A stretch of 64,000 nucleotides of DNA from Spirochaetia bacterium (GTDB taxonomy: Bacteria > Spirochaetota > Spirochaetia > SZUA-6 > Bin103), in assembly GCA_965208575.1 (NCBI GenBank), contig CBDBOV010000006.1, positions 1,312,001 to 1,376,000 of the forward strand. The letters are read 5' to 3'. The position numbers were made by a program, and so were the translations under genes. Positions 30,262 through 39,704 of this stretch are shown here, piece after piece. The notes under the pieces were generated by a model, which searched no databases, had not been told where the DNA came from, and saw only the letters and a list, made by a program, of their open reading frames with translations. The stretch's first letter is position 1. Each line of letters begins with the position of its first letter.

Positions 30262-31508
30262 CGGGCTTGACCTCCAGCATGATCCTGCGAGTGGGCAGCA
30301 AGGGGAACGTGGTGATTGCGGAAGCGTGCGGCCCACCAGTCTCTCAGTGGATGCAGTTGGAATCGATAGAGATCTTCGCTGACTTCGAGATAGCCGTCGT
30401 GTTCCAGCACGTCGAGAACCTCGGTGATGCGGCCCTGGGCGTCGGGCACTACTCGGGAGTAGAGCTCGCCGAGACGGGACCGCGTGCGTGGCGTGAACAC
30501 TCCTTGCGTGGCGGCCTCGGCGAGGATCTCCATGGCGATGGAGCGGTTCTCCTCGTCGAGTGCGTCGCGGAGACGGGTTTCGTAGTGGGCCAGGTCGTTC
30601 TGACCGGAAGGGCCAAGCACCCCTGTGCGGTATACTCTCTCGACATCGGCCACCGTCACCACATCGCGGTTCTCCATGACGGAGAAGTCCCGTAGCCTTG
30701 CGAAGAACGATTGCACGTGATGCGGGATGCCGATCCCGAGCGCGTCGTATACCGCCGCGGCGACGCCGTCCTCGACCGACAATGAGGCACTGTTCGCGAG
30801 CCGGTCGAAACAAGCGACGCTCTCCTCTCGGTTCCAGGGTCCCAGGCGAAACGGCGCAAGGTAATTGATCCGATCGGGTATACCGAGCCGGTGCACCAAC
30901 GGGGTCAGCCCGATGCTGCCGGACACGATGAGGACCGGGGAGTGATCGCCAAGACCTTGCAACACGCCACGCAACCAGCTCAGGAACCGCTCGACTCGGG
31001 TAGCGCCGTCCTGAGCGCGCAGCATCCGCTGGAGAAAGATCGGCAGTTCGTCGATCACCAGAAGCACGCGCCGTTCGTTCTCCGCGCAAGCCTGGAGGAG
31101 GCGCTCACCGTGGCGCCTCCAGTTTCCAGCGTCCAGACCCGCCCGGATCTTCAAGCGAAACCCGCTCACGCCGATTTCCTCGACGGCTTCAGCCGCCCGC
31201 CGTCGCAGACCGGCCAAACTGCCTAGTCGGGACACGATTGGCCGAACCGGGTACGCGGCCCGCGCAATATCGGCAATCACGTCTTCAGGGCAGGTGGCGT
31301 CTTCGACGTCGGTGAACAACGTTACCCATGCGCCGGAGTCCGTGAGCCGGCGCTCGAGTTCACGAACTATGCTCGTCTTGCCCATGCGCCGCTGGCCGGT
31401 CAACAGCACGTGGTTGCCTTCTTGTACCCGGTTCTCCAGGACGCGGAGCTCAGGTTCTCGGTCGAAGAAGTCGGCGCCGCTAACCCAGCGGCCGGTGGCT
31501 GATCTCAT
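30258..31508 (-). CDS. P-loop ATPase (archaeal-ATPase/STAND-like) with C-terminal wHTH
   Basis: FFDREPEL, TGQRRMGKTS, LLVIDELP, IVSGS, GIPHHVQ, LEHDGYL. Confidence 0.88.
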   Translation of the reverse strand: MRSATGRWVSGADFFDREPELRVLENRVQEGNHVLLTGQRRMGKTSIVRELERRLTDSGAWVTLFTDVEDATCPEDVIADIARAAYPVRPIVSRLGSLAGLRRRAAEAVEEIGVSGFRLKIRAGLDAGNWRRHGERLLQACAENERRVLLVIDELPIFLQRMLRAQDGATRVERFLSWLRGVLQGLGDHSPVLIVSGSIGLTPLVHRLGIPDRINYLAPFRLGPWNREESVACFDRLANSASLSVEDGVAAAVYDALGIGIPHHVQSFFARLRDFSVMENRDVVTVADVERVYRTGVLGPSGQNDLAHYETRLRDALDEENRSIAMEILAEAATQGVFTPRTRSRLGELYSRVVPDAQGRITEVLDVLEHDGYLEVSEDLYRFQLHPLRDWWAARFRNHHVPLAAHSQDHAGGQAR

Positions 31509-31760
31509 GATGCACACAGTCTACGAGCACTACCGTATTGTCGTCAACCATATTGTTGACTACTTATTGGTTGACCATAGTTCCGGCTTCGTGCGCGCTG
31601 AGAGCCCGTGACTTCTCTCTACGCGCGAACCGGCGCCGCCCCAAGGGCCGGTCCGCCGGCGGTTGTGGCGCTGGCGCGATTGTTGGAGGATTGGCGCGTA
31701 CGACGTTCCGCCCGGCACCGGCTGGAACCGCCGGTCGGCACGACCGAGGGAGAGCGACCC

Positions 31761-32870
31761 ATGAGTGAATACCAGTACTACGAGTTCCAGGCAATCGATC
31801 GGCCACTGAGTGACGCGGACCGGCAGGCGCTGCGGGGGCTGTCGACGCGGGCACGGATCACGGCCACGAGCTTTACCAACGAATACCATTGGGGCGACCT
31901 GAAGGGTGATCCCGTACAGTGGATGGAGCGCTGGTTCGACCTGCACCTGTACGTCGCCAACTGGGGAACGCAGCGACTGATGATCCGGCTGCCGCTGCGG
32001 CTGGTCGCGCGGTCACGGCTCGATCGCTTCCTCCGCGGCGTCGACCTGGTCCGGATTCGCGAGTCGGACGACAACCTGATCGTCGATATTCACCAGGACG
32101 ACGACGAGCCGCGCTACACCTACGAGAACGAGGACGACGACGCCGACCGTCTTGCCATGGCCCCTCTGCGCGCGGACGTACTGGCGGGGGATTGGCGGCT
32201 GTTCTACCTGCTGTGGCTGACGGCGGTTGAGAGCGGCGAGCTGAATGACGGCGATACCGAGCCGCTTCCCGGCATCGGTCCGCTCACCGGCGCTCACAAG
32301 GCGTTCGCCGATTTCTTCGGCATCGACCAGCACTTGTTGCATGCGGCCGCCGAGTCGCCCCTGAACGCGGACGGCGAACTCTCCCAAGCTGAGGTCCACG
32401 ACGTGGTGGCGGCGATTCGGGACACGGAGAAGACGGCGCTGCTGTGTCGTCTCGTCGCAGGCGACCCTCACGTGGCGGCGGAGCTGCGACGCACGGTACG
32501 AGAGGCCGCGGCCACGGCAGACCACACCGACTCCGGTCATCGGACGGTCGCGGTGTTGCACACGCGCGCAGCGGAGATTCGCAAGCAGGCCAAGGCCGAC
32601 GCCGAGGCACGGCGTGAGGCAGAGCGCCGCGCAGGCCTCGCTGTCGTCAGACGGCGGGAGGCGGCGGTCTGGCGTGAAGTCAGGACGGAAATCGAGAAGC
32701 GCAGCGCCCGCGGCTACGACCGGGCGCTGGCACTGCTGCTCGACCTGCGGGCGCTGGCCGAGGAGGATGGCACACTGGCGGCATTCTCGGACCGTGTTCG
32801 CTCGCTCCGGGTCCGCCACTCCCGCAAGCCGCGCTTCATCGAGCGCCTGCAGCAGGTCGACCTGCAATGA
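31761..32870 (+). CDS. Conserved hypothetical protein
   Basis: MSEYQYYEFQAIDRPL...WFDLHLYVANWGT...GDWRLFYLLWL...RKPRFIERL; coding-like codon bias; overlaps the MazG-like gene (ATGA). Confidence 0.8.
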   Translation: MSEYQYYEFQAIDRPLSDADRQALRGLSTRARITATSFTNEYHWGDLKGDPVQWMERWFDLHLYVANWGTQRLMIRLPLRLVARSRLDRFLRGVDLVRIRESDDNLIVDIHQDDDEPRYTYENEDDDADRLAMAPLRADVLAGDWRLFYLLWLTAVESGELNDGDTEPLPGIGPLTGAHKAFADFFGIDQHLLHAAAESPLNADGELSQAEVHDVVAAIRDTEKTALLCRLVAGDPHVAAELRRTVREAAATADHTDSGHRTVAVLHTRAAEIRKQAKADAEARREAERRAGLAVVRRREAAVWREVRTEIEKRSARGYDRALALLLDLRALAEEDGTLAAFSDRVRSLRVRHSRKPRFIERLQQVDLQ

Positions 32871-33238
32871 CGGACCGTCCATCGAATCCACGGCAGCGGG
32901 AGGACACGGGATCCTTTGCCGGTTATCAGCGCCGGTCGCGCCGCACCTGGAGCCGGGTGGTAGTGGATCACGCCATTCTCTACCCCACCCTCGGACTCAC
33001 CAACGAGGCGGGCGAGGTAGCGGGCAAGGTAAAGAAGATCTTCCGCGACAAGGGCGGGGTGATCGGCGAGGAGGACCGCGCCGCCCTGAAGAGCGAGCTT
33101 GGCGACGTGCTGTGGTACCTGGCCCAGATCTGCACCGACCTCGACCTGTCGCTGCAGGAGGTGGCAGAGGAGAACCTGACCAAGCTGGCCCGCCGCCAGC
33201 AAGCCGGCACCCTGCAAGGCGAAGGCGACAACCGGTAG
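32867..33238 (+). CDS. MazG-like NTP pyrophosphohydrolase
   Basis: LGLTNEAGEVAGKVKK...ELGDVLWYLA...NLTKL...GEGDNR. Confidence 0.9.
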   Translation: MTDRPSNPRQREDTGSFAGYQRRSRRTWSRVVVDHAILYPTLGLTNEAGEVAGKVKKIFRDKGGVIGEEDRAALKSELGDVLWYLAQICTDLDLSLQEVAEENLTKLARRQQAGTLQGEGDNR

Positions 33239-33321
33239 CAGACTGCCGGCCGGCTCCATCATGGCACGGCTATGTGCGCCGCAAACGGGTCCGCCGGATC
33301 GTGGCCGATACCGGTCCCCAG

Positions 33322-33654
33322 TCACCGTGCGCTGTTGAGTTCCTCCACCAATTCATCCGGCGGATAGTCGACGGCCGGTACCCCGGCGGCACCGAGCAAG
33401 GCAACGAATTCCTCCGCGGTCGCTGCCGCAAGTCTTGCCGCCTGAACGAGGGTCAGGTGGCGCTGCTCGAACAGGCGGATTGCCAGGGTACGGTGGACAC
33501 CGAGTTCAAGCAGGCGTTCGTCGAACGGAACTGCCAGAATGGCCGGGCGACCACGCTTCGTGATGAGCGACAGATGCCCACGTTCCGCCTCCCTCATAAG
33601 ATCACCGGACCTCTGCCTCAGGTCCCGCACACTGAACACATCGACTGAATCCAT
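33322..33654 (-). CDS. Phd/YefM + UPF0175 antitoxin-like protein (copy 1, no toxin downstream)
   Basis: FSVRDLRQRSGDL...LITKRGRP...LTLVQAARLA; near-identical to 39295-39627. Confidence 0.85.
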   Translation of the reverse strand: MDSVDVFSVRDLRQRSGDLMREAERGHLSLITKRGRPAILAVPFDERLLELGVHRTLAIRLFEQRHLTLVQAARLAAATAEEFVALLGAAGVPAVDYPPDELVEELNSAR

Positions 33655-33736
33655 CGTCGCTCCTTGTTGTGCCCACAAAGCGTAACACATACATGACCCA
33701 AGCAGCACGCCCCTTGCCACGTGCACGTGCGGTGAA

Positions 33737-33889
33737 TCAGCCGGGACGGTGGGCAGTGGCGAGCAGGGTGTCGAGCCGGCGGCGCATGCGCTGCCAGTGG
33801 CTGCCGCGCCAGTACAGGCGCGCCCAACGGGGACAGCGGGAGAACGATTGCCGCTCGACGCGCACCATCAGGGCCAGGCGGTGCAGGAC
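33737..33889 (-). pseudogene. 3' remnant of the Mut7-C RNase gene (duplicate of 39705-39863)
   Basis: LHRLALMVRVERQSFSRCPRWARLYWRGSHWQRMRRRLDTLL; Zn-ribbon CPRC has become CPRW. Confidence 0.8.
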
Positions 33890-33952
33890 GTGACAATCCC
33901 CTGGTTTCGTTTCGTGGTGATTCGAGTCGCCTTCGAGGTGTATGGTTAGTGT

Positions 33953-34156
33953 ATGTCACGCACCAATATCGATATCGACGACAAGGCCTGTGCGGCGATC
34001 ATGCGCCGCTACCGGCTAGGTTCTAAGCGGGAGGCGGTCAACCTCGCGCTGCGTACGCTCGCGGCGGAGTCCCTGAGTCTGGTCGCCGCCCGGCGCCTTC
34101 GCGGATCGGGGTGGGAAGGCGATCTGGACGAAATGCGTGGCGCCAGGGGAACGTGA
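33953..34156 (+). CDS. vapB: VapB antitoxin
   Basis: MSRTNIDIDD...SKREAVNLAL...GWEGDLDEMR. Confidence 0.88.
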   Translation: MSRTNIDIDDKACAAIMRRYRLGSKREAVNLALRTLAAESLSLVAARRLRGSGWEGDLDEMRGARGT

Positions 34157-34539
34157 TCCTGATCGACACCTCGGCGTGGGTGGAGTTCCTGCGTGACACT
34201 GGGTCAGTGGTCAGCATGCGGGTCGACGCCGAGTTGGACGGCGACATCGCGATCTGCGATGCGATCCGGATGGAGGTACTCGCAGGCGCACGAGACGAGA
34301 GCCACCTTGAAGCGCTTCGAGGGTTGCTGGCGCGGGCGAGCGTGCTACCCACCGAACCCGCGCACTACGACGCGGCAGCGACGCTGTACCGTCGCTGCCG
34401 TCGTGAAGGCGAGACGGTGCGGCGGCTGATCGACTGTCTGATCGCCGCCGTCGCGATCGGTGCCGACGTACCGGTGCTGCATCGCGACGACGATTTCGAC
34501 GTGCTGGCCCGTCACACCGAATTGGATATCGTCCGGTGA
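34153..34539 (+). CDS. vapC: VapC PIN toxin
   Basis: ILIDTSAWVEFLR...EVLAG...IDCLIAAVA...LHRDDDFD. Confidence 0.92.
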   Translation: MILIDTSAWVEFLRDTGSVVSMRVDAELDGDIAICDAIRMEVLAGARDESHLEALRGLLARASVLPTEPAHYDAAATLYRRCRREGETVRRLIDCLIAAVAIGADVPVLHRDDDFDVLARHTELDIVR

Positions 34540-34859
34540 GATGCCGCGGGCAATGAGGCAATGCGCGCGCTTGACATGGTCAGGCGAAGCTGCGATTCTA
34601 CGAGGTTAGGGAACGAACGATGCCGATGAACTCTTCCATTCACAACACGTTGCCGGTTTGTGCCGGCGCACAGGAGGTGGAATGACACGCAAAGAACCGC
34701 GCGCGACGTGAGGGGGGATGAACTCGCCGAGTCACACGCCGCGCGCTTCACAGATTGACTCGGACTTGCCGTCCGCGTTGCGGGCGTGAGAGTGAGAGTA
34801 GCCAGGGAGCGGCAATTCGCTCCGCAATACTCCAAAAACCCAAGCATAGGACACTCACG

Positions 34860-36626
34860 ATGATGAGAATCTTGTTTCGAATGACCTTCGCGGTTGCGTT
34901 GGTCCTGGTGCTGACCGCAACCGGCCTCTGGGCAGCAGGCGCAGAAGAGGAGCCGGCGGCCGCTGCCGACAAAAAGTATGTAACCGACCCCACCACCGGC
35001 GAGGTGGTGGTGGCGCCGGAATACGGCGGCACACTGACCTACGCCAAGAATAGCTGGCCACCGAATACTGACACCTTGGCCGGTGGCAGATGGGCATCCC
35101 AATGGGTCTGGGGCGTGCTGGACAAGCCGGCGGTCGCGGACTGGGGAATGGATAGAAACGAATATTCCTTGAATTTGCCCTGGCCAACTCTAGATGTCCT
35201 GAAAGGGTCACTGGTTGAACGCTGGGAGCAAACCGACGACCTCACCATTGTCTTCCACCTTCGCGACGGCGTGCGCTGGCATGACAAGGAGCCGATGAAC
35301 GGGCGAGAATTCGCTGCGGATGACATCGTATTCAACTATCACCGCATGCTGGGTATTGGCAGCGGCTTCACCGAACCAAGCCCGCAGTTGACGGCGCAAC
35401 TTGCTCCGATCAAAGTCGAATCCGCAACGGCTGTGGACAACACGGTTGTCTTTAAGCTGAAGGAGCCGAACATTGGGGCGCTGCAGGGTCTCGTCGACGA
35501 AGAAGCCGCCTATATTTATCCCCCCGAGGTCATCAAGCAGCACGGCGACGCTACCGATTGGAAGACCTTGGTCGGCACCGGACCTTTTGAGCTCACTGAC
35601 CTGGTCGAGGAAAGCTCGGCAACATGGACCAGGAATCCCGACTACTGGGGCTACGACGAAAAATACCCGGACAACCGCTTACCCTATGTTGACGAGGTAA
35701 GGGCTCTGCATATGCCGGAAGCGGCGACGTATTTGTCGGCAATACGCACCCGTAAGGTTGATACTGGATATAGGCTAAGTAGTCTCGACCAGGTAGATGG
35801 TCTGCAGCGGAGCAACCCGGAAATCCAGATGTATTCGCTGTTCACCCGGTCGAATGATACGTGGGGCATGAACGTTCAGGAGGAGCCCTTTGGCGACATC
35901 AGAGTACGCAAGGCGATGCAGATGGCGCTCGACCTCGAGACCGCCAACACTACCTTCTTCAAGGGTTTGGCAGAAATGACACCTTATGGGCAGAACCGGT
36001 TGCCGGGGTTTTACGTTCCGTTTGAAGAGTGGCCCGAAGAGGTCAAGAAGGTCTTTGCCTATGACCCGGAAGGTGCGGAGGCGTTGCTGGATGAAGCCGG
36101 GTATCCGCGCGGCTCCGATGGCATAAGATTCAAGACCGTGCTGAGCCACCACTTTACTCGCAATTTGGGTTATGCGGAACTAGCCGCAGGATTCTGGCGT
36201 GACATTGGCGTTGACGTAGAGATCAAGATAATGGCGACCGGTGCCGAAACTGTCGCTGCGAGAACGGACAGGAATTACAAGATGGCCTCTACGGAAGCGG
36301 CCCTCCTCAGCGTCTCTGCAGCCCGCTTCTGGTCGGGATTCATACACAACACCGCCAACCCACAAGATCCGTGGTATGACTCCGCGTATGAAGCCATCGC
36401 AAAGGTTGAATCCCACGCGGAGTACCAGGCATTGGTTCGCGAGATGGATATGTATGGCATCGAGCAATTCTGGCATGTATGGGGTGGTATGGCCCCACAG
36501 ATTGTCCCGCTACAGCCGTGGGTCATCGGCTATAACGGTGAACTGAACCTGGGAAGCGGTCAATATTGGCTGCAGTACTCCCGCATGTGGATCGACTCGG
36601 CGCTGAAGCAAGAAATGGGTTATTAG
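34860..36626 (+). CDS. Peptide/nickel ABC substrate-binding protein (family 5)
   Basis: Signal peptide, PEYGGTL, FHLRDGVRWHD, GTGPF, RNPDYW, DIRVRKAM. Confidence 0.92.
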   Translation: MMRILFRMTFAVALVLVLTATGLWAAGAEEEPAAAADKKYVTDPTTGEVVVAPEYGGTLTYAKNSWPPNTDTLAGGRWASQWVWGVLDKPAVADWGMDRNEYSLNLPWPTLDVLKGSLVERWEQTDDLTIVFHLRDGVRWHDKEPMNGREFAADDIVFNYHRMLGIGSGFTEPSPQLTAQLAPIKVESATAVDNTVVFKLKEPNIGALQGLVDEEAAYIYPPEVIKQHGDATDWKTLVGTGPFELTDLVEESSATWTRNPDYWGYDEKYPDNRLPYVDEVRALHMPEAATYLSAIRTRKVDTGYRLSSLDQVDGLQRSNPEIQMYSLFTRSNDTWGMNVQEEPFGDIRVRKAMQMALDLETANTTFFKGLAEMTPYGQNRLPGFYVPFEEWPEEVKKVFAYDPEGAEALLDEAGYPRGSDGIRFKTVLSHHFTRNLGYAELAAGFWRDIGVDVEIKIMATGAETVAARTDRNYKMASTEAALLSVSAARFWSGFIHNTANPQDPWYDSAYEAIAKVESHAEYQALVREMDMYGIEQFWHVWGGMAPQIVPLQPWVIGYNGELNLGSGQYWLQYSRMWIDSALKQEMGY

Positions 36627-36652
36627 GCGTTCGTTCAATACTACGTGTGTGC

Positions 36653-36705
36653 GCCCGTCCCGACTGCCATAAGGACATCCTTGGGTGGTTGGGACGGGCT
36701 GTTTT
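36653..36705 (+). terminator. Stem-loop after the SBP gene (terminator or mRNA stabiliser)
   Basis: GCCCGTCCCGAC...GTTGGGACGGGC followed by TGTTTT. Confidence 0.6.
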
Positions 36706-36819
36706 GTCGGACGAGGTGGCCGGGATGAGTCAGCACCGTCACTCCGTGACACGCAAGACCATGAAAATCGATGCTCAGGCATCGACCGCTGGTGGGCTTT
36801 TTCGGATCAGGCACGTGAC

Positions 36820-37779
36820 ATGAGAGCCTATATCATTAGGCGGCTGTTGCTGATAATCCCCAGCCTGTTGCTATTGACCATCCTGGTTTTTCTCTCGGTG
36901 CGCTTCCTCCCCGGCGATGTAATAGACGCGATGCTGGGCAGGATGGAATACGACCAACCCGGTACGGTTGACCGTGCAGCGCTTGAGCGCATGCTGGGAT
37001 TGGACGTGCCTGGCTACGTACAGTATGCACGCTGGTTAGGGCGTATCTTCCTGCACGGCAGCCTCGGTGAATCACTGATGGGTCGCGGGGCGGTGAAGGA
37101 GCAGATAATAGACAGACTGCCGGTAACCGTTGAGCTTGGCCTCCTGGCAATCGTGATCGGGCTCGTGATAGCCCTGCCGGTGGGCATCTACTCGGCGATT
37201 CGCCAGGATACGGCCGCCGACTACGCGGGGCGCTCGGTCGCTATCATCGGCCTGGCAACGCCTAACTTCTGGCTCGGAATCATGGTCATGATCTACCCGG
37301 CAATCTGGTGGGGCTGGTCGCCACCACTGGAGCTGATTCCTTTCTCAGAAGACCCGCTGGGGAATCTGAGGATGTTCCTCATTCCCAGCCTGATTCTGGG
37401 GACAGCCTCGGCGGCCGCCATCATGCGGCTGACGCGCACCATGATGCTGGAGGTGCTGCGGCAGGACTACATTCGCACCGCCTGGTCCAAGGGGCTCCGG
37501 GAGCGGGTCGTGATTATCCGGCATACCATCAAGAATGCCCTGATCCCGGTGGTGACTCTGATCGGCCTGCAGTTGCCGATCCTGGTTGGCGGCTCCGTCA
37601 TCATGGAAAACGTCTTCAACCTGCCGGGGCTGGGTCGACTCATGCTGGTTGCCCTCAATGACAGAGACTACCCGCTGATCTCCGGAATCAACCTGTTTTT
37701 CGCCAGCGCGGTTATCGTGGCCAATCTGATTACCGACCTGTTCTATGCTTTCTTGGACCCCAGGGTTCGTTACCAATGA
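36820..37779 (+). CDS. Peptide ABC permease (DppB-like)
   Basis: MRAYIIRRLL, RLPVTVEL, QDYIRTAWSKGL, NLPGLG, LDPRVRY. Confidence 0.93.
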   Translation: MRAYIIRRLLLIIPSLLLLTILVFLSVRFLPGDVIDAMLGRMEYDQPGTVDRAALERMLGLDVPGYVQYARWLGRIFLHGSLGESLMGRGAVKEQIIDRLPVTVELGLLAIVIGLVIALPVGIYSAIRQDTAADYAGRSVAIIGLATPNFWLGIMVMIYPAIWWGWSPPLELIPFSEDPLGNLRMFLIPSLILGTASAAAIMRLTRTMMLEVLRQDYIRTAWSKGLRERVVIIRHTIKNALIPVVTLIGLQLPILVGGSVIMENVFNLPGLGRLMLVALNDRDYPLISGINLFFASAVIVANLITDLFYAFLDPRVRYQ

Positions 37780-37795
37780 GGGAGAATCAACGAGT

Positions 37796-38698
37796 ATGAA
37801 TGATACGAGGAGACCTGCCGGGCTCGCTGATTTCCTTTTCAGGATGGTCAAGGAGAAGCCACTGGGTACTATCGGCGGAATTATCGTATTGATATTGATT
37901 CTCGTCGCCATCTTTGCGGATACGCTGGCTCCCTATGAATATTATCAAATGCACCTGGTAGACCGGTTGCAGGGCTCATCAGCCCGGTATCTGCTTGGTA
38001 CCGACCACCTAGGGCGAGACTTCCTGAGCCGAATCATCTATGGGGCTCGTATTTCGCTGACTGTCGGTCTGGCCGCGACCGCGCTCAACGTGGTAGTCGC
38101 TGTACTGGTGGGCGGCGTTTCTGGATTCTTTGGCGGTAAAGTAGACCTCGTTGTGCAGAGGTTTGTCGATACCTGGATGTCGTTCCCGGGTCTGCTCCTG
38201 TTGTTAACCGTAATGTCCATACTGGGGAAGGGGTTGGTTCAGATAATAGTCGTGCTCGGGATAGCAGGAGGAATCGGCAGCTCGAGAGTAGTCAGAGGCG
38301 CCGTTATCGCAATAAAAGAGAATGTGTATTTTCAGGCCGCCGAGGCGATTGGCTCTTCCCAATGGACAATATACACACGCCATGTGCTGCCCAATATCGT
38401 GGCTCCCATAATCATCATATTCAGCATCAACATAGGGGGAGTGATCATGTCTGAGGCGTCTCTGAGTTTTCTTGGTTTTGGATTGCCACCCGGTATTCCG
38501 AGCTGGGGAGGTATGCTCAGCCGGGAAGGGCGTCAATACATGGAGGCAGGGCCATGGCTGGCGCTCTGGCCAGGTCTCTTCCTGACGATTCTGGTCTACA
38601 GTCTGAACATGTTCGGCGATGCGGTGAGGGACCTGCTCGACCCGAGGCTGAGGGGTGGCGTGGGGCGCTATGGCGCCGATGGCAGCAAGTCGCTTTAG
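37796..38698 (+). CDS. Peptide ABC permease (DppC-like)
   Basis: LLGTDHLGRD, IYGARISL, HVLPN, EASLSFLGFG, GDAVRDLLDPR. Confidence 0.93.
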   Translation: MNDTRRPAGLADFLFRMVKEKPLGTIGGIIVLILILVAIFADTLAPYEYYQMHLVDRLQGSSARYLLGTDHLGRDFLSRIIYGARISLTVGLAATALNVVVAVLVGGVSGFFGGKVDLVVQRFVDTWMSFPGLLLLLTVMSILGKGLVQIIVVLGIAGGIGSSRVVRGAVIAIKENVYFQAAEAIGSSQWTIYTRHVLPNIVAPIIIIFSINIGGVIMSEASLSFLGFGLPPGIPSWGGMLSREGRQYMEAGPWLALWPGLFLTILVYSLNMFGDAVRDLLDPRLRGGVGRYGADGSKSL

Positions 38699-38959
38699 AA
38701 CTTGCCACGGCCAGCCGACGCCCTTCCTCACGATCGAACAACACGTGACATAATTCGTGGGCCAGTGTGAATCGGCGTCCGAAAGGATGCTCGTTTCGGG
38801 CTCTCGGTGCTTTCTACTACCCTCGTAGCGCATACGACTATTACACGCCCCACTGCGCTGCTCTCATCCGCACGTCCTAACCTAACGCGGGTCCCGTGAT
38901 CCATCAAGTGATCGACCGGTCCGATCCGCCCGCGCTGCTCGACCGGCGCCGATTCGCCG

Positions 38960-39298
38960 TCACTCGCCGGCTTGACTCAGAACGCCACTCGTCAACGGAG
39001 ACGACAACCGATACCCCGCGCTCGACAGGTCCCTGAGCACAGGAGCCACTGCCGAGAGGATCCCAGCGGACTTGGCCGCAAGAAGGACGCCCGCCAGTCC
39101 CACGACGGGAAGTCCGCGCTGACGGGCGAATCTTCGGCCCTTTGCATCGTCGATCAAGAGAAATCGGGCCGCCCGTTCCTCGGCGACGGCGATCGCTTCC
39201 GCCTCGCCCGCATCCAGCAAACCTGCAAGCTCTGATGCAACTACCAGATCCCGAGAGGTCTGCACGGTGATCCAGCGCTCCTTCAACGCCCGAGTCAC
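38960..39298 (-). pseudogene. DUF3368 PIN-like toxin lacking its N-terminal catalytic strand
   Basis: LDAGEAEAIAVA...LLIDDAKGRR...GVLLAAK...GYRLS is present, but at 112 aa it lacks the usual N-terminal VVxDxxPLI segment. Confidence 0.7.
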
Positions 39299-39627
39299 CC
39301 CGCGGTACTGAGCTCCGCGGCCAATTCATCCGGCGGATAGTCGACAGCGGGTACCCCGGAGTCGCCAAGCAACGCAATGAATTCCTCCGCGGTCAGCGCG
39401 GCAAGTCTCGCGGCCTGAACCAGCGTCAGGTGGCGCTGCTCGAACAGGCGGAGGGCAAGGGTGCGGTGAACACCGAGTTCCAGCAGGCGCTCGTCGAACG
39501 GCACTGCCAGAATGGTGGGACGACCCCTCTTCGTGATGAGAGAAAGATGACCATGTTCCGCTCCCCTTATCAGGTCGCCGGACCTCTGCCTCAGATCACG
39601 CACGCTGAAGACATCAACTGAATCCAT
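39295..39627 (-). CDS. Phd/YefM + UPF0175 antitoxin-like protein (copy 2)
   Basis: Same motifs as 33322-33654; overlaps the DUF3368 gene. Confidence 0.88.
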   Translation of the reverse strand: MDSVDVFSVRDLRQRSGDLIRGAEHGHLSLITKRGRPTILAVPFDERLLELGVHRTLALRLFEQRHLTLVQAARLAALTAEEFIALLGDSGVPAVDYPPDELAAELSTAG

Positions 39628-39704
39628 TCACGACTCCTTGTGTGCCGACGGAGCGTAGCACATACATGGCCTGCGCAGCGCGCCCCCTGCGAGTGATTCG
39701 CGTG

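Noticed and set aside
36625-36640. AGGCGTTCGTTCAA shared with 62427-62440, and GCGGGTCCCGT at about 38887 shared with about 62445
   Set aside because: Short matches with no flanking similarity; cannot be distinguished from chance.
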